Shown: positions 50,040 through 60,301, counted from the stretch's first letter. The stretch is 64,000 nucleotides of DNA from Patescibacteria group bacterium (GCA_016784445.1 JADHUR010000003.1:2590-66589); one strand, 5' to 3'. Made by a program: numbers and translations. Notes: generated by a model not told the origin, from the letters alone.

Positions 50040-51053
50040 ATGTTTGTAAAAAAGATTGGTATAGATTTAGGTACAACATACACTTTAGTCCACGTTCCAA
50101 AGCGTGGTATTATTATCAATGAGCCATCAGTGGTTGCTATTTCTGTTGTAGATAAAAAAGTATTAGCTGTTGGTGATGAAGCCAAAGAGATGCTTGGTAG
50201 AACGCCAGATAGTATTATTGCTCAAAGACCTTTACGTAATGGAGTTATCGCAGATTATAAAACAACAGAGTCAATGCTAAAGTACTTTATTAATAAAGCC
50301 ATGGGTGGTGTTAGACTATTTAGACCAGAAGTTATGATTGCAGTTCCAGGTGGTATAACATCTACAGAAAGAAGGGCTGTAATTGATGCTACTATGGCAG
50401 CTGGTGCAAAAGCTGCATATATTATTAAAGAACCAATAGCAGCCGCTATTGGAGCAGATATTCCTATTGGATCAGCATCTGGTCACATGATTGTAGATAT
50501 TGGTGGTGGGACTTCAGAAATTGCTGTTATATCCTTAGGTGGAATAGTAGCAAATAATTCAGTAAGAATTGGTGGTAATAAATTCGATACGGCTATTACT
50601 GAATATGTACGTAAGAAATATGGCTTAGCTATTGGTGAAAGAACAGCAGAAGCAATTAAGATTGAAATAGGCTCTGCTATGTATTTAGAAAAAGATGAGA
50701 GATTATCTATGGAAGTAAAAGGAAGGGATATGATAACAGGACTGCCAAGAGTTATATCTGTTGACTCCGAAGATGTTACAGAAGCACTTCAGGCGGATTT
50801 GCAGGGGATTATAAATGCAGTAAAACAAGTATTATTCAATACACCACCGGAACTTTCTGCAGATGTTATGGATAAAGGAATGGTATTATCTGGTGGTAGT
50901 TCACTTCTTAGAAATATGGATAAACTATTATCTCAAGCAACAGGAGTACCTGCCTATGTAGCAGATGATTCACTTTTATGTGTAGCCAAAGGTACTGGAA
51001 TAGCACTTGATAATTTAGATTCATATAAGCGAAGTATATTAGCAACTAAGTAA
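50040..51053 (+). CDS. mreB: second MreB/Mbl paralog
   Basis: [30 protein letters not shown]. Confidence 0.93.
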   Translation: MFVKKIGIDLGTTYTLVHVPKRGIIINEPSVVAISVVDKKVLAVGDEAKEMLGRTPDSIIAQRPLRNGVIADYKTTESMLKYFINKAMGGVRLFRPEVMIAVPGGITSTERRAVIDATMAAGAKAAYIIKEPIAAAIGADIPIGSASGHMIVDIGGGTSEIAVISLGGIVANNSVRIGGNKFDTAITEYVRKKYGLAIGERTAEAIKIEIGSAMYLEKDERLSMEVKGRDMITGLPRVISVDSEDVTEALQADLQGIINAVKQVLFNTPPELSADVMDKGMVLSGGSSLLRNMDKLLSQATGVPAYVADDSLLCVAKGTGIALDNLDSYKRSILATK

Positions 51054-51058
51054 GCTTT

Positions 51059-52147
51059 ATGATAATTGGTTTAGAAGCCAGCCGGGCCAATAAGAAACAA
51101 AAGACCGGTACAGAGTGGTATGCTTGGCATCTATTTGAGCAGTTTAAAGAAATAGATCAGGATAATAGTTTTATTATTTATCATAATAATGATTTAACAG
51201 ATGATTTAGCTGAAGCACCAGCTAATTTTTTATTTAAGCAAATTAAGTGGCCATTTAGAAAATTTTGGACTCATATTTGTTTAAGCTTCGAATTACTTCT
51301 TCATCCTGTAGATAAATTATTTTTTTCCAATGCCGTTCCATTAATAACTCGAGGAGAAGTGATAGCTACTATTCATGATTTAGGATTTATTAAAAATCCA
51401 GAGCTTTATCATCCTTTAGAAAGAGTTTATCAGAAAGTGTCACACAATATCGCTATAAAAAGAGCAGATAAAATTTTAGCTATCTCAGAAGCTACTAAAG
51501 CAGATATTATTAAGTATTATCCTAAGGCTGAAAGTAAGATAAAAGTGATATATAATGGTTGGGACGATAAGGAGTTTAAACCAATTACTGAGGATAAGAA
51601 ACAGTTTATTAAACATAAATATAATCTTCCAGATAGATATTTATTATATATTGGCAGAATAGAAACCAAGAAGAATATACAGAATTTGGTAAAAGGTTTT
51701 AATACTATTAAAGATAGCTCATGGCCCTTGGTACTTGCTGGTAGACCGGGAAATTATGGCTTTGATGAGATTAAGAAATTAGCTGGTAATAATAAGAAGA
51801 TAATATTTTTAGGATATATACCTCAAGAAGATTATAAGCTTCTTATTGGAGCAGCTAGTATATTCGTATTTCCATCTAAATTTGAAGGTTTTGGAATTCC
51901 AATACTTGAAGCGATGGGATCTGGCGTGCCTGTATTATGTTCAGACATTCCAGTATTACATGAGGTGGGTGGAGATGCAGCAGTATTTTTTGATCCGGAT
52001 AGTGTAGAGGACATTGCTATGAATATAGATATGTTGATAAGAGGCAGTGCTAAAAGACAAGAATTAATAAAGCTAGGATTAGATAAATCTAGAGAGTTTT
52101 CTTGGGAGAAATGTGCTAAAGAGACATTAAAGTATATATTAAGCTAG
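51059..52147 (+). CDS. glycosyltransferase family 4
   Basis: TIHDL, KKNI, FPSKFEGFGIPILEAM. Confidence 0.92.
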   Translation: MIIGLEASRANKKQKTGTEWYAWHLFEQFKEIDQDNSFIIYHNNDLTDDLAEAPANFLFKQIKWPFRKFWTHICLSFELLLHPVDKLFFSNAVPLITRGEVIATIHDLGFIKNPELYHPLERVYQKVSHNIAIKRADKILAISEATKADIIKYYPKAESKIKVIYNGWDDKEFKPITEDKKQFIKHKYNLPDRYLLYIGRIETKKNIQNLVKGFNTIKDSSWPLVLAGRPGNYGFDEIKKLAGNNKKIIFLGYIPQEDYKLLIGAASIFVFPSKFEGFGIPILEAMGSGVPVLCSDIPVLHEVGGDAAVFFDPDSVEDIAMNIDMLIRGSAKRQELIKLGLDKSREFSWEKCAKETLKYILS

Positions 52148-52149
52148 TA

Positions 52150-52179
52150 TTGACAAAAACAGGTAAAATGTAGTATATT
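52150..52179 (+). promoter_or_regulatory. promoter of rnpB
   Basis: TTGACA at 52150-55; TAGTAT/TATATT at 52171-79. Confidence 0.55.
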
Positions 52180-52185
52180 AACAAC

Positions 52186-52579
52186 GCTTGAGAGGGCTAA
52201 GCGATTGCTTCCCATTTGGGGAGAGGAAAGTCCGAACACCATTTTCGTCCTTTTTTAAAGGGTGGATAGTCGGTAATGCCGACCATTTCTAATTTATTAG
52301 GAATAGAACAAGTGCAGCAGAAAATAGACCAGCCTGATTTTCAGGTGATGGGTGAAACGGTGGTAATTCCGAAAGGGATTTATTGGCCTACAGGTCGATA
52401 GTAAGAGACCACCAGTGATTATGGCGACATAGTCAGCTAGGTAAACTTTTATCCGGTGCAAGCCTGAATAGGATCCCGTTTAGGGATCGGGTAAGGCGCT
52501 AATGAACGCAGTGAGCAATCATTGTGTCTAGATAGATAATCGCTCTCGACAGAATTCGGCTTATCGGCTCTCTTCAAGC
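52186..52579 (+). ncRNA. rnpB: RNase P RNA (type A-like)
   Basis: GAGGAAAGTCCGAAC, AGTGCAGCAGAAA, GGGTGAAACGG, GGTAAAC..GGTGCAAG, ACAGAATTCGGCTTAT; 5' and 3' ends pair (P1). Confidence 0.95.
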
Positions 52580-52599
52580 ATTTTTAGTTTAAATAAAAT

Positions 52600-53988
52600 A
52601 TGAAAAAATTTGATTTGGTATTTAATGCCATATTAGTTCCAATAGATTATCTAGTATTATTGGGTGCTGCTGTGGCTAGTTATTTCTTACGTTTTGAAAG
52701 TTTTGTAACTCAAATTAGACCAGTCATATTTGATATGTCATTGCGTGAATATTTAGCAATTGTATATATTATATTAATAGCATGTATTGCTATTTTTATT
52801 TTGTCTGGATTATATTCATTTAGAAGAAAAGCATTGTGGGAAGAATTAAGATTAGCTTTATTTGCAGTTTCAACAGCAACACTTATTATTATTATTGCTT
52901 TCTTTTTTGATGCTAATTTCTTTTCTTCAAGATTCATAGTACTTGCTTTCTGGGTATTTGCTATTTTATTTATATCTATAGAAAGAATACTTGTATTCTT
53001 TATTAAAAAATCCTTTTATTTTAATGGTTATGGTGTAAAACGAGTAGTTGTTATTGGTGAAGATAATAATACTTTAAATTTAATAGGTACTATAAAAAGA
53101 TATCCAAGCTTTGGATTCAGAGTTGTTGAACATTTAAAAATGTTTACGGATAAAGAAGCAGATTACTTAACATCTTTAAGGTCTAAAACAATAATTGACG
53201 AGATTATACAAGGTGGTGTTAATCTGCCACTTGATCAGAAAGAAGCACTCTTAAATTATTGTCAGGAGAATCAATTGGGATTTAAATATATAGCATCTTT
53301 ATTACAAACGAAGATGATTAATTTTACTATCAGCACAATGAATGGTGTGCCTATGGTAGAAATTAGGCATACTAGACTTGATGGTTGGGGTAGAATTATT
53401 AAAAGATTTTATGATATTATATTGTCTTTTATTGGCTGTATTATTTTAATACCAATAAGTTTAATACTTGGCCTTATTATAAAACTCAATAGTCATGGAC
53501 CAGTTTTTGTTAAATTGCAAAGAGTTGGTATAAAGGGTAATATGTTTAACCTATATAAATTCAGATCAATGGTAGATAAAGCTCACTCTATGAAAGAAGA
53601 TATGATGGATCAAAATGAGAGACAAGATGGACCATTATTTAAGATGAAAAAGGATCCAAGAGTAACTAGTATTGGTAAATTTATACGTAAATGGAGTATA
53701 GATGAATTGCCACAATTATTTAATGTTTTAAAGGGAGATATGTCCATGGTTGGTCCTCGCCCACATGAACCTGCAGAGGTAGCACGTTATGAGAATTCAC
53801 AAAGAAAATTACTTACTATAAAACCAGGTATTACTGGCATGGCACAGGTGTCTGGTAGATCAGATCTTCAATTCGAAGAAGAAGTTAAATTAGATTCATA
53901 TTATATAGAGAATTGGTCAGTACTTCTTGATATGCAAATATTTATTAAAACAATTTGGGTAGTACTTTTAAGAAAGGGTTCTGCATAA
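52600..53988 (+). CDS. polyprenyl glycosylphosphotransferase (WcaJ/WbaP-like sugar transferase)
   Basis: KR.YDI, KFRSM, DPRVT.IG.FIRK.SIDELPQL.NVLKGDMSMVGPRP, KPGITG.AQV. Confidence 0.95.
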   Translation: MKKFDLVFNAILVPIDYLVLLGAAVASYFLRFESFVTQIRPVIFDMSLREYLAIVYIILIACIAIFILSGLYSFRRKALWEELRLALFAVSTATLIIIIAFFFDANFFSSRFIVLAFWVFAILFISIERILVFFIKKSFYFNGYGVKRVVVIGEDNNTLNLIGTIKRYPSFGFRVVEHLKMFTDKEADYLTSLRSKTIIDEIIQGGVNLPLDQKEALLNYCQENQLGFKYIASLLQTKMINFTISTMNGVPMVEIRHTRLDGWGRIIKRFYDIILSFIGCIILIPISLILGLIIKLNSHGPVFVKLQRVGIKGNMFNLYKFRSMVDKAHSMKEDMMDQNERQDGPLFKMKKDPRVTSIGKFIRKWSIDELPQLFNVLKGDMSMVGPRPHEPAEVARYENSQRKLLTIKPGITGMAQVSGRSDLQFEEEVKLDSYYIENWSVLLDMQIFIKTIWVVLLRKGSA

Positions 53989-55094
53989 TGAAGGTAGCCC
54001 TTGCACATGATTATCTTTTTCAAAATGGCGGTGCAGAACGTGTAGTACTTGCCATGCATGAGCTTTTTCCTAAAGCCCCCCTTTATGTTCTTATAAATGC
54101 TTTAAGTAAATCTAAAGATTGGCAGGGTATAAAAACAAAGACATCTTTCTTACAAAAGATGCCTGGTTCTAAAAAACACTTACAATTCTATCTATCTTTA
54201 ATGCCTCTTGCATGGGAGAGCTTTAATTTTACAGATTATGATATTGTTTTATCTTCAACATCAAACCTTGCTAAAGGTTTAATTACTCCAGCTAAAGGTT
54301 TACATATTTGCTATTGTCATACGCCAACCAGATATCTTTGGGATGGTACTCATTCATATGTAGATAATCTTCATTATCCTAGAATTATAAAAAAAATATT
54401 ACCACTTGTATTACATAAATTAAGATTATGGGATTTATTTGCAGCCCAAAGAGTAGATCATTTCATTGCTAATTCCAAATATATTTCTAGACAGATTAAG
54501 AAATACTATAATAGAGAATCTGTTATTATATATCCACCAGTGGAAGTAGATAATTATTCTATCTCAAGTGAGATAAAAGATTATTATGTCCTTGTTAGCA
54601 GATTAAGACCATATAAGAAAGTAGATATAGCTGTTAGAGCTTTTAATGAATTGGGTTTACCACTTATTATTATTGGCAGCGGAGATGAATTAAAGAGACT
54701 TAAAAAGATTGCTAAAGCAAATATTACATTTTTAGGAGAAGTTGATGAAGAGACAAAGATTAAATATGTGCAGGAAGCAAAAGCTTTTATACATCCACAG
54801 GTTGAAGACTTTGGTATATCTGCAGTAGAGGCTATGGCAGCAGGTAGGCCTGTTATTGCATTTGATGGTGGGGGAGCTAGAGAAACAGTTATAGATAATA
54901 TTACGGGCGTATTGTTTTCTGAACAATCATGGGAAACATTAGTATATACAGTTTTAAACTTTGATCATACTAAATTTGATCCGTCAATTATTCGCGAACA
55001 TGCTTTAAAGTTTTCAGTTAAGAGATTTCAAGATGAAATTAAGGAATATGTAGATAAGGCATGGCAAAATTTTAATAATCAACGACTACTATAA
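53988..55094 (+). CDS. glycosyltransferase family 4
   Basis: MKVALAHDYL..GGAERV, YCHTPTRY.W, EDFGI..VEAMAAG; start taken at ATG 53988. Confidence 0.92.
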   Translation: MKVALAHDYLFQNGGAERVVLAMHELFPKAPLYVLINALSKSKDWQGIKTKTSFLQKMPGSKKHLQFYLSLMPLAWESFNFTDYDIVLSSTSNLAKGLITPAKGLHICYCHTPTRYLWDGTHSYVDNLHYPRIIKKILPLVLHKLRLWDLFAAQRVDHFIANSKYISRQIKKYYNRESVIIYPPVEVDNYSISSEIKDYYVLVSRLRPYKKVDIAVRAFNELGLPLIIIGSGDELKRLKKIAKANITFLGEVDEETKIKYVQEAKAFIHPQVEDFGISAVEAMAAGRPVIAFDGGGARETVIDNITGVLFSEQSWETLVYTVLNFDHTKFDPSIIREHALKFSVKRFQDEIKEYVDKAWQNFNNQRLL

Positions 55095-55095
55095 T

Positions 55096-55185
55096 ATGAA
55101 AACATTAATTCTGTTTATCGAGCTATTTATTGCTTCAAGTGCTGGTATGGGCCTTGGTTGGATACTTTATAGTATAACTATATAA
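55096..55185 (+). CDS. putative 29-aa single-TM microprotein MKTLILFIELFIASSAGMGLGWILYSITI
   Basis: Fills the gap between two GT4 genes (1 nt and 2 nt spacers); hydrophobic throughout. Confidence 0.5.
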   Translation: MKTLILFIELFIASSAGMGLGWILYSITI

Positions 55186-55187
55186 TA

Positions 55188-56279
55188 ATGCGAATAGGAG
55201 TAGATTTAAGGTCACTGCAAGAAAAACAGAAGGCTGGTATTAGTCGTTATGTCTTGCAGCTTTGTAAAGCTATTACTAGTCAAGATAGAGATAATGAATA
55301 TTATTTCTATTTTAATACATTTAGAAAAATTAAATATCCAGAATTTACCAAGCAGGGTATTATTGTACATACGCGTATACCATCTAGAATATTTAATTTT
55401 TGTGCAAGATTTTTAAAACTTATAGCTTGGGATAAAAAAAATAACTTGGATGTATTTTGGCAGCCAAGTTTTAATTTTATTCATTTATCAAAAGATGTAA
55501 AAAAAGTATTAACTGTTCATGATTTGTCATGGCTTATAAATAGAAAATGGTATAGCTATAAAATGTATTTCTGGCATATTCTTGCAGGTATTCCTAAGCA
55601 AGTAAAGCAAGCAGATAAAGTTATAGCTGTTTCAAAAAGTACAGCCTCAGATATTAATTTTTTCTATTCAAAACCAGCAGATAAGATTAAAATTATTTAC
55701 TCAGGAATAAATAGGGAAGTATTTAATAATAATGATTGCTCTATTTTAAATTTACCTGAAAAATATTTATTATTCATCGGAACAGTTGAGCCAAGAAAAA
55801 ATATCTTAGGAATAATACAAGCAATGGAATTAGTTTTAAGTAAAGAAAAGTATAAAGATATACATTTAGTAATAATGGGAGCGAGTGGTTGGTCAAATAA
55901 AGAAGTATATAAAGCAATAAGAAATAGTAAGCATAGAGACAAATTTCATTATGTTGGTTATACTACTAATAGAGAAAGAGATTGCTATATTAAAAATAGC
56001 TTAGCTCTCATTTGGCCTTCATTCTATGAGGGTTTTGGTCATCCACCATTAGAGGCTTTGTATAATGGCAAGCCAGTAATAGCTAGCTATAGCTCATCTT
56101 TACCAGAGGTTATAAAAGATAATGGAATATTAGTAGATCCATATAATATTACGGAAATAAAAGAGGCCATTCTAAATATATTAGATAATGATATGAATAT
56201 TGATGTAAATTTAGAAGCCTATGACTGGAATAAGGCAGCTAGTTACTATATTAAAGTATTTAATAGTTTTAAAAAATGA
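55188..56279 (+). CDS. glycosyltransferase family 4
   Basis: TVHDL, GTVEPRKN, PSFYEGFGHPPLEA. Confidence 0.92.
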   Translation: MRIGVDLRSLQEKQKAGISRYVLQLCKAITSQDRDNEYYFYFNTFRKIKYPEFTKQGIIVHTRIPSRIFNFCARFLKLIAWDKKNNLDVFWQPSFNFIHLSKDVKKVLTVHDLSWLINRKWYSYKMYFWHILAGIPKQVKQADKVIAVSKSTASDINFFYSKPADKIKIIYSGINREVFNNNDCSILNLPEKYLLFIGTVEPRKNILGIIQAMELVLSKEKYKDIHLVIMGASGWSNKEVYKAIRNSKHRDKFHYVGYTTNRERDCYIKNSLALIWPSFYEGFGHPPLEALYNGKPVIASYSSSLPEVIKDNGILVDPYNITEIKEAILNILDNDMNIDVNLEAYDWNKAASYYIKVFNSFKK

Positions 56280-57400
56280 AAATAGGTATTGATGCTAGAA
56301 TGTATGGGCCTCAGTCACGTGGACTGGGAAGATATGTACAAAAACTAGTAGACAATTTAGTAGCAATAGATAGTATAAATACTTACTATATTTTATTATC
56401 CCCAGAAAATTGGGATCAATTTCACCCTAAGAATAAGAACTTTATTAAAGTACTTATTAGATCACATTGGTATAGTATTGCTGAACAGATATTTGTTCCT
56501 ATCAAGCTTTGGCGTTTAAAGCTAGACTTAATGCATTTTCCACATTTTAATGTGCCATTACTATATAGAAAGAAATTTATGGTGACTATTCATGATTTAA
56601 TTGTTTCACATTATCCAGATAGCAGAGCTACTACATTACCAAAGTGGTTATACAATTTGAAACTCATGGCATATAGGCTTGTTGTAAGACATGCCATTGT
56701 TAATTCATATAAAATATTAGCTGTGTCTCAATTTACAAAACAAGATATTGAAAGATATTATCCAAGAGTTGCAGATAAAATAGAAGTAACATATGAAGGT
56801 TTTTCTGTTGAACATGGAAAGAGTCATAGAATAGACCTTGAGAAAGAATATGGTATTACTAAGCCTTATCTATTACATATAGGTGCTGCTTATCCACATA
56901 AGAATCTGTATAGATTATTACAGGCTTGGAAATTAAGCCAGGCTCAGCTCAAGAATAATTATCAGCTGGTAATTGCAGGGCGTAAGGATTTTTTTATGAA
57001 CCGCCTATCTCAAGAAGCGATAAATTTAAAATTAGATGAAAATGTTCTATTCTTAGGATTTGTTCCAGATGAACATTTAGCATCACTTTATCAATTTTCA
57101 ATTGCTTATGTATTCCCATCTTTTATAGAAGGATTTGGCTTACCAGCTATTGAAGCACAAAGTTATGGAGTACCTGTACTTGCTGCGAATAATTCATCAC
57201 TGCCAGAAGTACTTGGGAATTCAGCATTATATTTCGATCCCTTTAATATAAATGATATCAGTAAGACAGTTCAGAAAATTATTACAGATGAAGATTTAAA
57301 AGAAAAATTAAAGAACTTAGGTTATAAGAACTATATACGATTTGATTGGCAGGGGATGGCGAAGCAGGTGAAAAGAGTATATGAATATTTAGGAAAGTAA
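56276..57400 (+). CDS. glycosyltransferase family 4
   Basis: MKIGIDAR, HFPHFNVP, AYPHKN, FPSFIEGFGLPAIEA. Confidence 0.92.
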   Translation: MKIGIDARMYGPQSRGLGRYVQKLVDNLVAIDSINTYYILLSPENWDQFHPKNKNFIKVLIRSHWYSIAEQIFVPIKLWRLKLDLMHFPHFNVPLLYRKKFMVTIHDLIVSHYPDSRATTLPKWLYNLKLMAYRLVVRHAIVNSYKILAVSQFTKQDIERYYPRVADKIEVTYEGFSVEHGKSHRIDLEKEYGITKPYLLHIGAAYPHKNLYRLLQAWKLSQAQLKNNYQLVIAGRKDFFMNRLSQEAINLKLDENVLFLGFVPDEHLASLYQFSIAYVFPSFIEGFGLPAIEAQSYGVPVLAANNSSLPEVLGNSALYFDPFNINDISKTVQKIITDEDLKEKLKNLGYKNYIRFDWQGMAKQVKRVYEYLGK

Positions 57401-57429
57401 AAACCCCATCTATTAAGACGGGGTTTTTT
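57399..57429. terminator. bidirectional terminator
   Basis: AAAAACCCCATCT..AGACGGGGTTTTTT between convergent genes. Confidence 0.65.
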
Positions 57430-57454
57430 AAAACCTAGTTTAAGACTAGTAGCA

Positions 57455-57850
57455 TCACTGGTCAGTTGCAAGGGCAAGAGCTAATTTGTAACTCTTGTTT
57501 TTGTAGAAGGCATAGGCAGTGAAGAATATTTCTACTGCAATGATTACTACAGCAATTAAACCTGCAATCGTGGTTGTTATCAAGGATAGAATTGGTGTGT
57601 ATTCATAACCAACATAAATACTTGTTACGAGAAAGACAGATGCTATCCATAAAGATAGGTAAATGAATGCCATATTGAATATGGTTGTAAATATTCTTGG
57701 TAATACATCGAATATGCTAAGTGCCATTGACACCAGGAATAAACTTAAGATAATTCCGAATACACGAGAATCAACTTCGAAGATATACACTGGTGATTTA
57801 GCTACCCAAACAAGATAGGGAGCAATTACGTCAAGAATAAACTGTTGCAT
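57455..57850 (-). CDS. hypothetical membrane protein (orphan)
   Basis: 131 aa, 3-4 TM; AGGAGGT RBS; TTGACA-17-TATACA promoter (57933..57905). Confidence 0.7.
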   Translation of the reverse strand: MQQFILDVIAPYLVWVAKSPVYIFEVDSRVFGIILSLFLVSMALSIFDVLPRIFTTIFNMAFIYLSLWIASVFLVTSIYVGYEYTPILSLITTTIAGLIAVVIIAVEIFFTAYAFYKNKSYKLALALATDQ

Positions 57851-57937
57851 TATTAACCTCCTAAGGTTTTATATGGTTTTTTTTATGTACTAAGTTATAA
57901 TAACTGTATATCACATTTACTATATTTTGTCAATAGT

Positions 57938-57966
57938 AAAAAAAACCCTACTGAAGTAGGGTTTTT
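57938..57966 (-). terminator. intrinsic terminator
   Basis: AAAAAAAAACCCTAC-TGAA-GTAGGGTTTTT. Confidence 0.75.
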
Positions 57967-57981
57967 GTTAAATAGCGTGTT

Positions 57982-58455
57982 TTAATCACTGAAATCAAAT
58001 GCATCAAACAGATCTGATAGCATCTTTTGAGCATTAGATAGCTCAAGAGCTTGAGGTTCTGTAATTTGCTTTTTGTAGTACGCATACATGAGAACAAGGC
58101 ATTCATCTCCGAGTTCAGGCAGGCCAGAAAAGCCAATACAGGTGCCATTTGGCAGTCGTACGCTACCGCCCCAATGATTTTTCTCTTCATCACGCGTTTC
58201 GTAGGATGCATTGGTTTTTGGAAATTTTACCAGTCTTGCAATCTTTTCTTGGGCAAAAATACAATATTTCTGCATTTTGTCGTTTGGGACATTACCAATC
58301 GGTAATACAGCGAGCTCATTGAAAAGATCATTTCCTTGATCAGGATTAATGGCAATAAAGCCACCAGTCTTGTCATTGTCAAATCTTTTGTTAATGAGTT
58401 GAAACATTCTCAAGAGAACACCATGATCTCTTGCTAAAACTTCATATGCGTTCAT
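57982..58455 (-). CDS. GlcG/HbpS-like (heme-binding fold) protein, tentative
   Basis: FAQEKIARL, WGGSV, IGFSGLPELGDE; AGGAGGT RBS; TTGACA-17-TAAATT promoter (58540..58512). Confidence 0.6.
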   Translation of the reverse strand: MNAYEVLARDHGVLLRMFQLINKRFDNDKTGGFIAINPDQGNDLFNELAVLPIGNVPNDKMQKYCIFAQEKIARLVKFPKTNASYETRDEEKNHWGGSVRLPNGTCIGFSGLPELGDECLVLMYAYYKKQITEPQALELSNAQKMLSDLFDAFDFSD

Positions 58456-58614
58456 TAGGACCTCCTTAAGGTATGACTTTTATTGATTATTAAATGTACT
58501 ATTAGTAGATTAATTTAGTATATATTTAGATAATTGTCAAGGATAGCTGTGTATTAATCTATCTTGCACATTTATAATTTACATGCTAAACTGTTCTTAC
58601 TTTTTAGAAATAGA

Positions 58615-60300
58615 ATGGCAATTAAACAAAGTTTAACAAGGAAAAAAGTTTGGTTAACATTTGCTGGAATAGTGATTCTAGCAATTTTTTCTGTTTTAAC
58701 TGTTTTTCCTAATTTGCCATCAAGTATTCCTGGTAATGAATGGTTTAATAAATTTGCACCAAAACTCGGCCTAGATTTACAAGGTGGAGCACATTTAATC
58801 TATGAAGGGGAAGTAGAAAATTTATCTTCAGAGGACACCGGTGCTGCTATGGAGGGTGTTAGGGATGTTATTGAGAGAAGAGTTAATGCATTTGGAGTTT
58901 CTGAGCCTATTGTACAGGTTAGTGGTAATAATAGATTGATTGTAGAGTTAGCTGGTGTATTTGATATCAATGAAGCTATTAAACAAATAGGTGAGACACC
59001 ATTATTAGAATTTAAAGAGCAAAATCCAGAAGCTTCTGCTGCTCCAGAACTTACAGAAGAGCAACAAGCTGAAATGGATGCATATAATGCTCAGGCAGAG
59101 ATTAGTGCTAAAGATATACTTGCTAGAGTAAATTCTGGTGAAGATTTTAGTACACTTGCTGCTCAATTTTCTGAAGATCCAGGATCTAAAGATAATGGTG
59201 GAGATTTAGGATTCACAAAGAAGGGTGCTTTTGTACCAGAATTCGAAGAAGCTTTATGGAATAATTTAGAAGTTGGACAAGTATCAGCTGAACCAATTAA
59301 AACACAATTTGGTTATCATATAATTAAAAAAGATGAAATAAGAGGTGAAGGGGAAGAACAGGAAGTGAAGGCTAGTCATATATTGGTTTCTATAAAGTCG
59401 ATTTATGATTATGCACCTCCAGTTGATCAATGGTTGCCTGCAGAACTTACTGGTAAACATTTAAAGAGATCAGAAGTTATATTTGATCCTCAAACTGGCG
59501 CGCCTACTGTTAGTTTAACTTTCAATGATGAAGGTAAAGATTTATTTGCTATAATTACAGCTAGAAATATTAATAGACCAGTAGCTATTTTCCTTGATGG
59601 TTCAGCAATTTCTGTTCCAACAGTGAATGATACTATAACTCAAGGTGAGGCTATTATTTCAGGAAACTTTGACTTACAAGAAGCAAAATTACTTGCACAA
59701 CGTTTAAATGCTGGTGCATTACCTATTTCTATTACACTGATTAGTGAACAGACAGTTGGACCTACACTTGGTCAAATATCTTTAAATAAGAGTTTGCAAG
59801 CAGGACTTATTGGTTTAATGCTAGTTGCTCTATTTATGCTTATATTCTATAGATTACCTGGACTTCTAGCAGTTATAGCACTTGCTATCTATACGGCTAT
59901 AGCTCTTGCTATCTTTGTATTATGGCCTATTACATTAACACTAGCTGGTATTGCTGGATTTATTCTATCTATTGGTATGGCGGTTGATGCAAATGTACTT
60001 ATTTTTGAAAGAATGAGAGAAGAGCTTAGAAATGAAAAGCCACTAGCATCTGCTATTGAAGATGGTTTTATAAGAGCTTGGGCATCTATTAGAGATTCAA
60101 ATATTTCAAGTTTAATTACTTGTTTCATATTAATCTGGTTTGGTAGTGGAGTTATTAAAGGTTTTGCTTTAACATTAGGTATTGGTATTCTTGTTTCAAT
60201 GTTTTCCGCTATAATTATTACCAGAACATTTTTAAGAATGCTATCTAAAGTATTAGCTAAAAAGAGTATGTGGTGGTTTAATGCTTCAATAAAGAAATAA
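58615..60300 (+). CDS. secD: protein translocase subunit SecD with inserted parvulin-type PPIase domain
   Basis: LGLDLQGG, IERRVN.FGVSEP, LNAGALP, VGPTLG, IGMAVDANVLIFER; insert EDFSTLA.QFSED..SK.NGGDLG...GYHIIK; start taken at ATG 58615. Confidence 0.95.
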   Translation: MAIKQSLTRKKVWLTFAGIVILAIFSVLTVFPNLPSSIPGNEWFNKFAPKLGLDLQGGAHLIYEGEVENLSSEDTGAAMEGVRDVIERRVNAFGVSEPIVQVSGNNRLIVELAGVFDINEAIKQIGETPLLEFKEQNPEASAAPELTEEQQAEMDAYNAQAEISAKDILARVNSGEDFSTLAAQFSEDPGSKDNGGDLGFTKKGAFVPEFEEALWNNLEVGQVSAEPIKTQFGYHIIKKDEIRGEGEEQEVKASHILVSIKSIYDYAPPVDQWLPAELTGKHLKRSEVIFDPQTGAPTVSLTFNDEGKDLFAIITARNINRPVAIFLDGSAISVPTVNDTITQGEAIISGNFDLQEAKLLAQRLNAGALPISITLISEQTVGPTLGQISLNKSLQAGLIGLMLVALFMLIFYRLPGLLAVIALAIYTAIALAIFVLWPITLTLAGIAGFILSIGMAVDANVLIFERMREELRNEKPLASAIEDGFIRAWASIRDSNISSLITCFILIWFGSGVIKGFALTLGIGILVSMFSAIIITRTFLRMLSKVLAKKSMWWFNASIKK

Positions 60301-60301
60301 T

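Noticed and set aside
44254-51053. Two MreB paralogs
   Set aside because: Multiple MreB copies are common in CPR and Bacillota; not unusual by itself.
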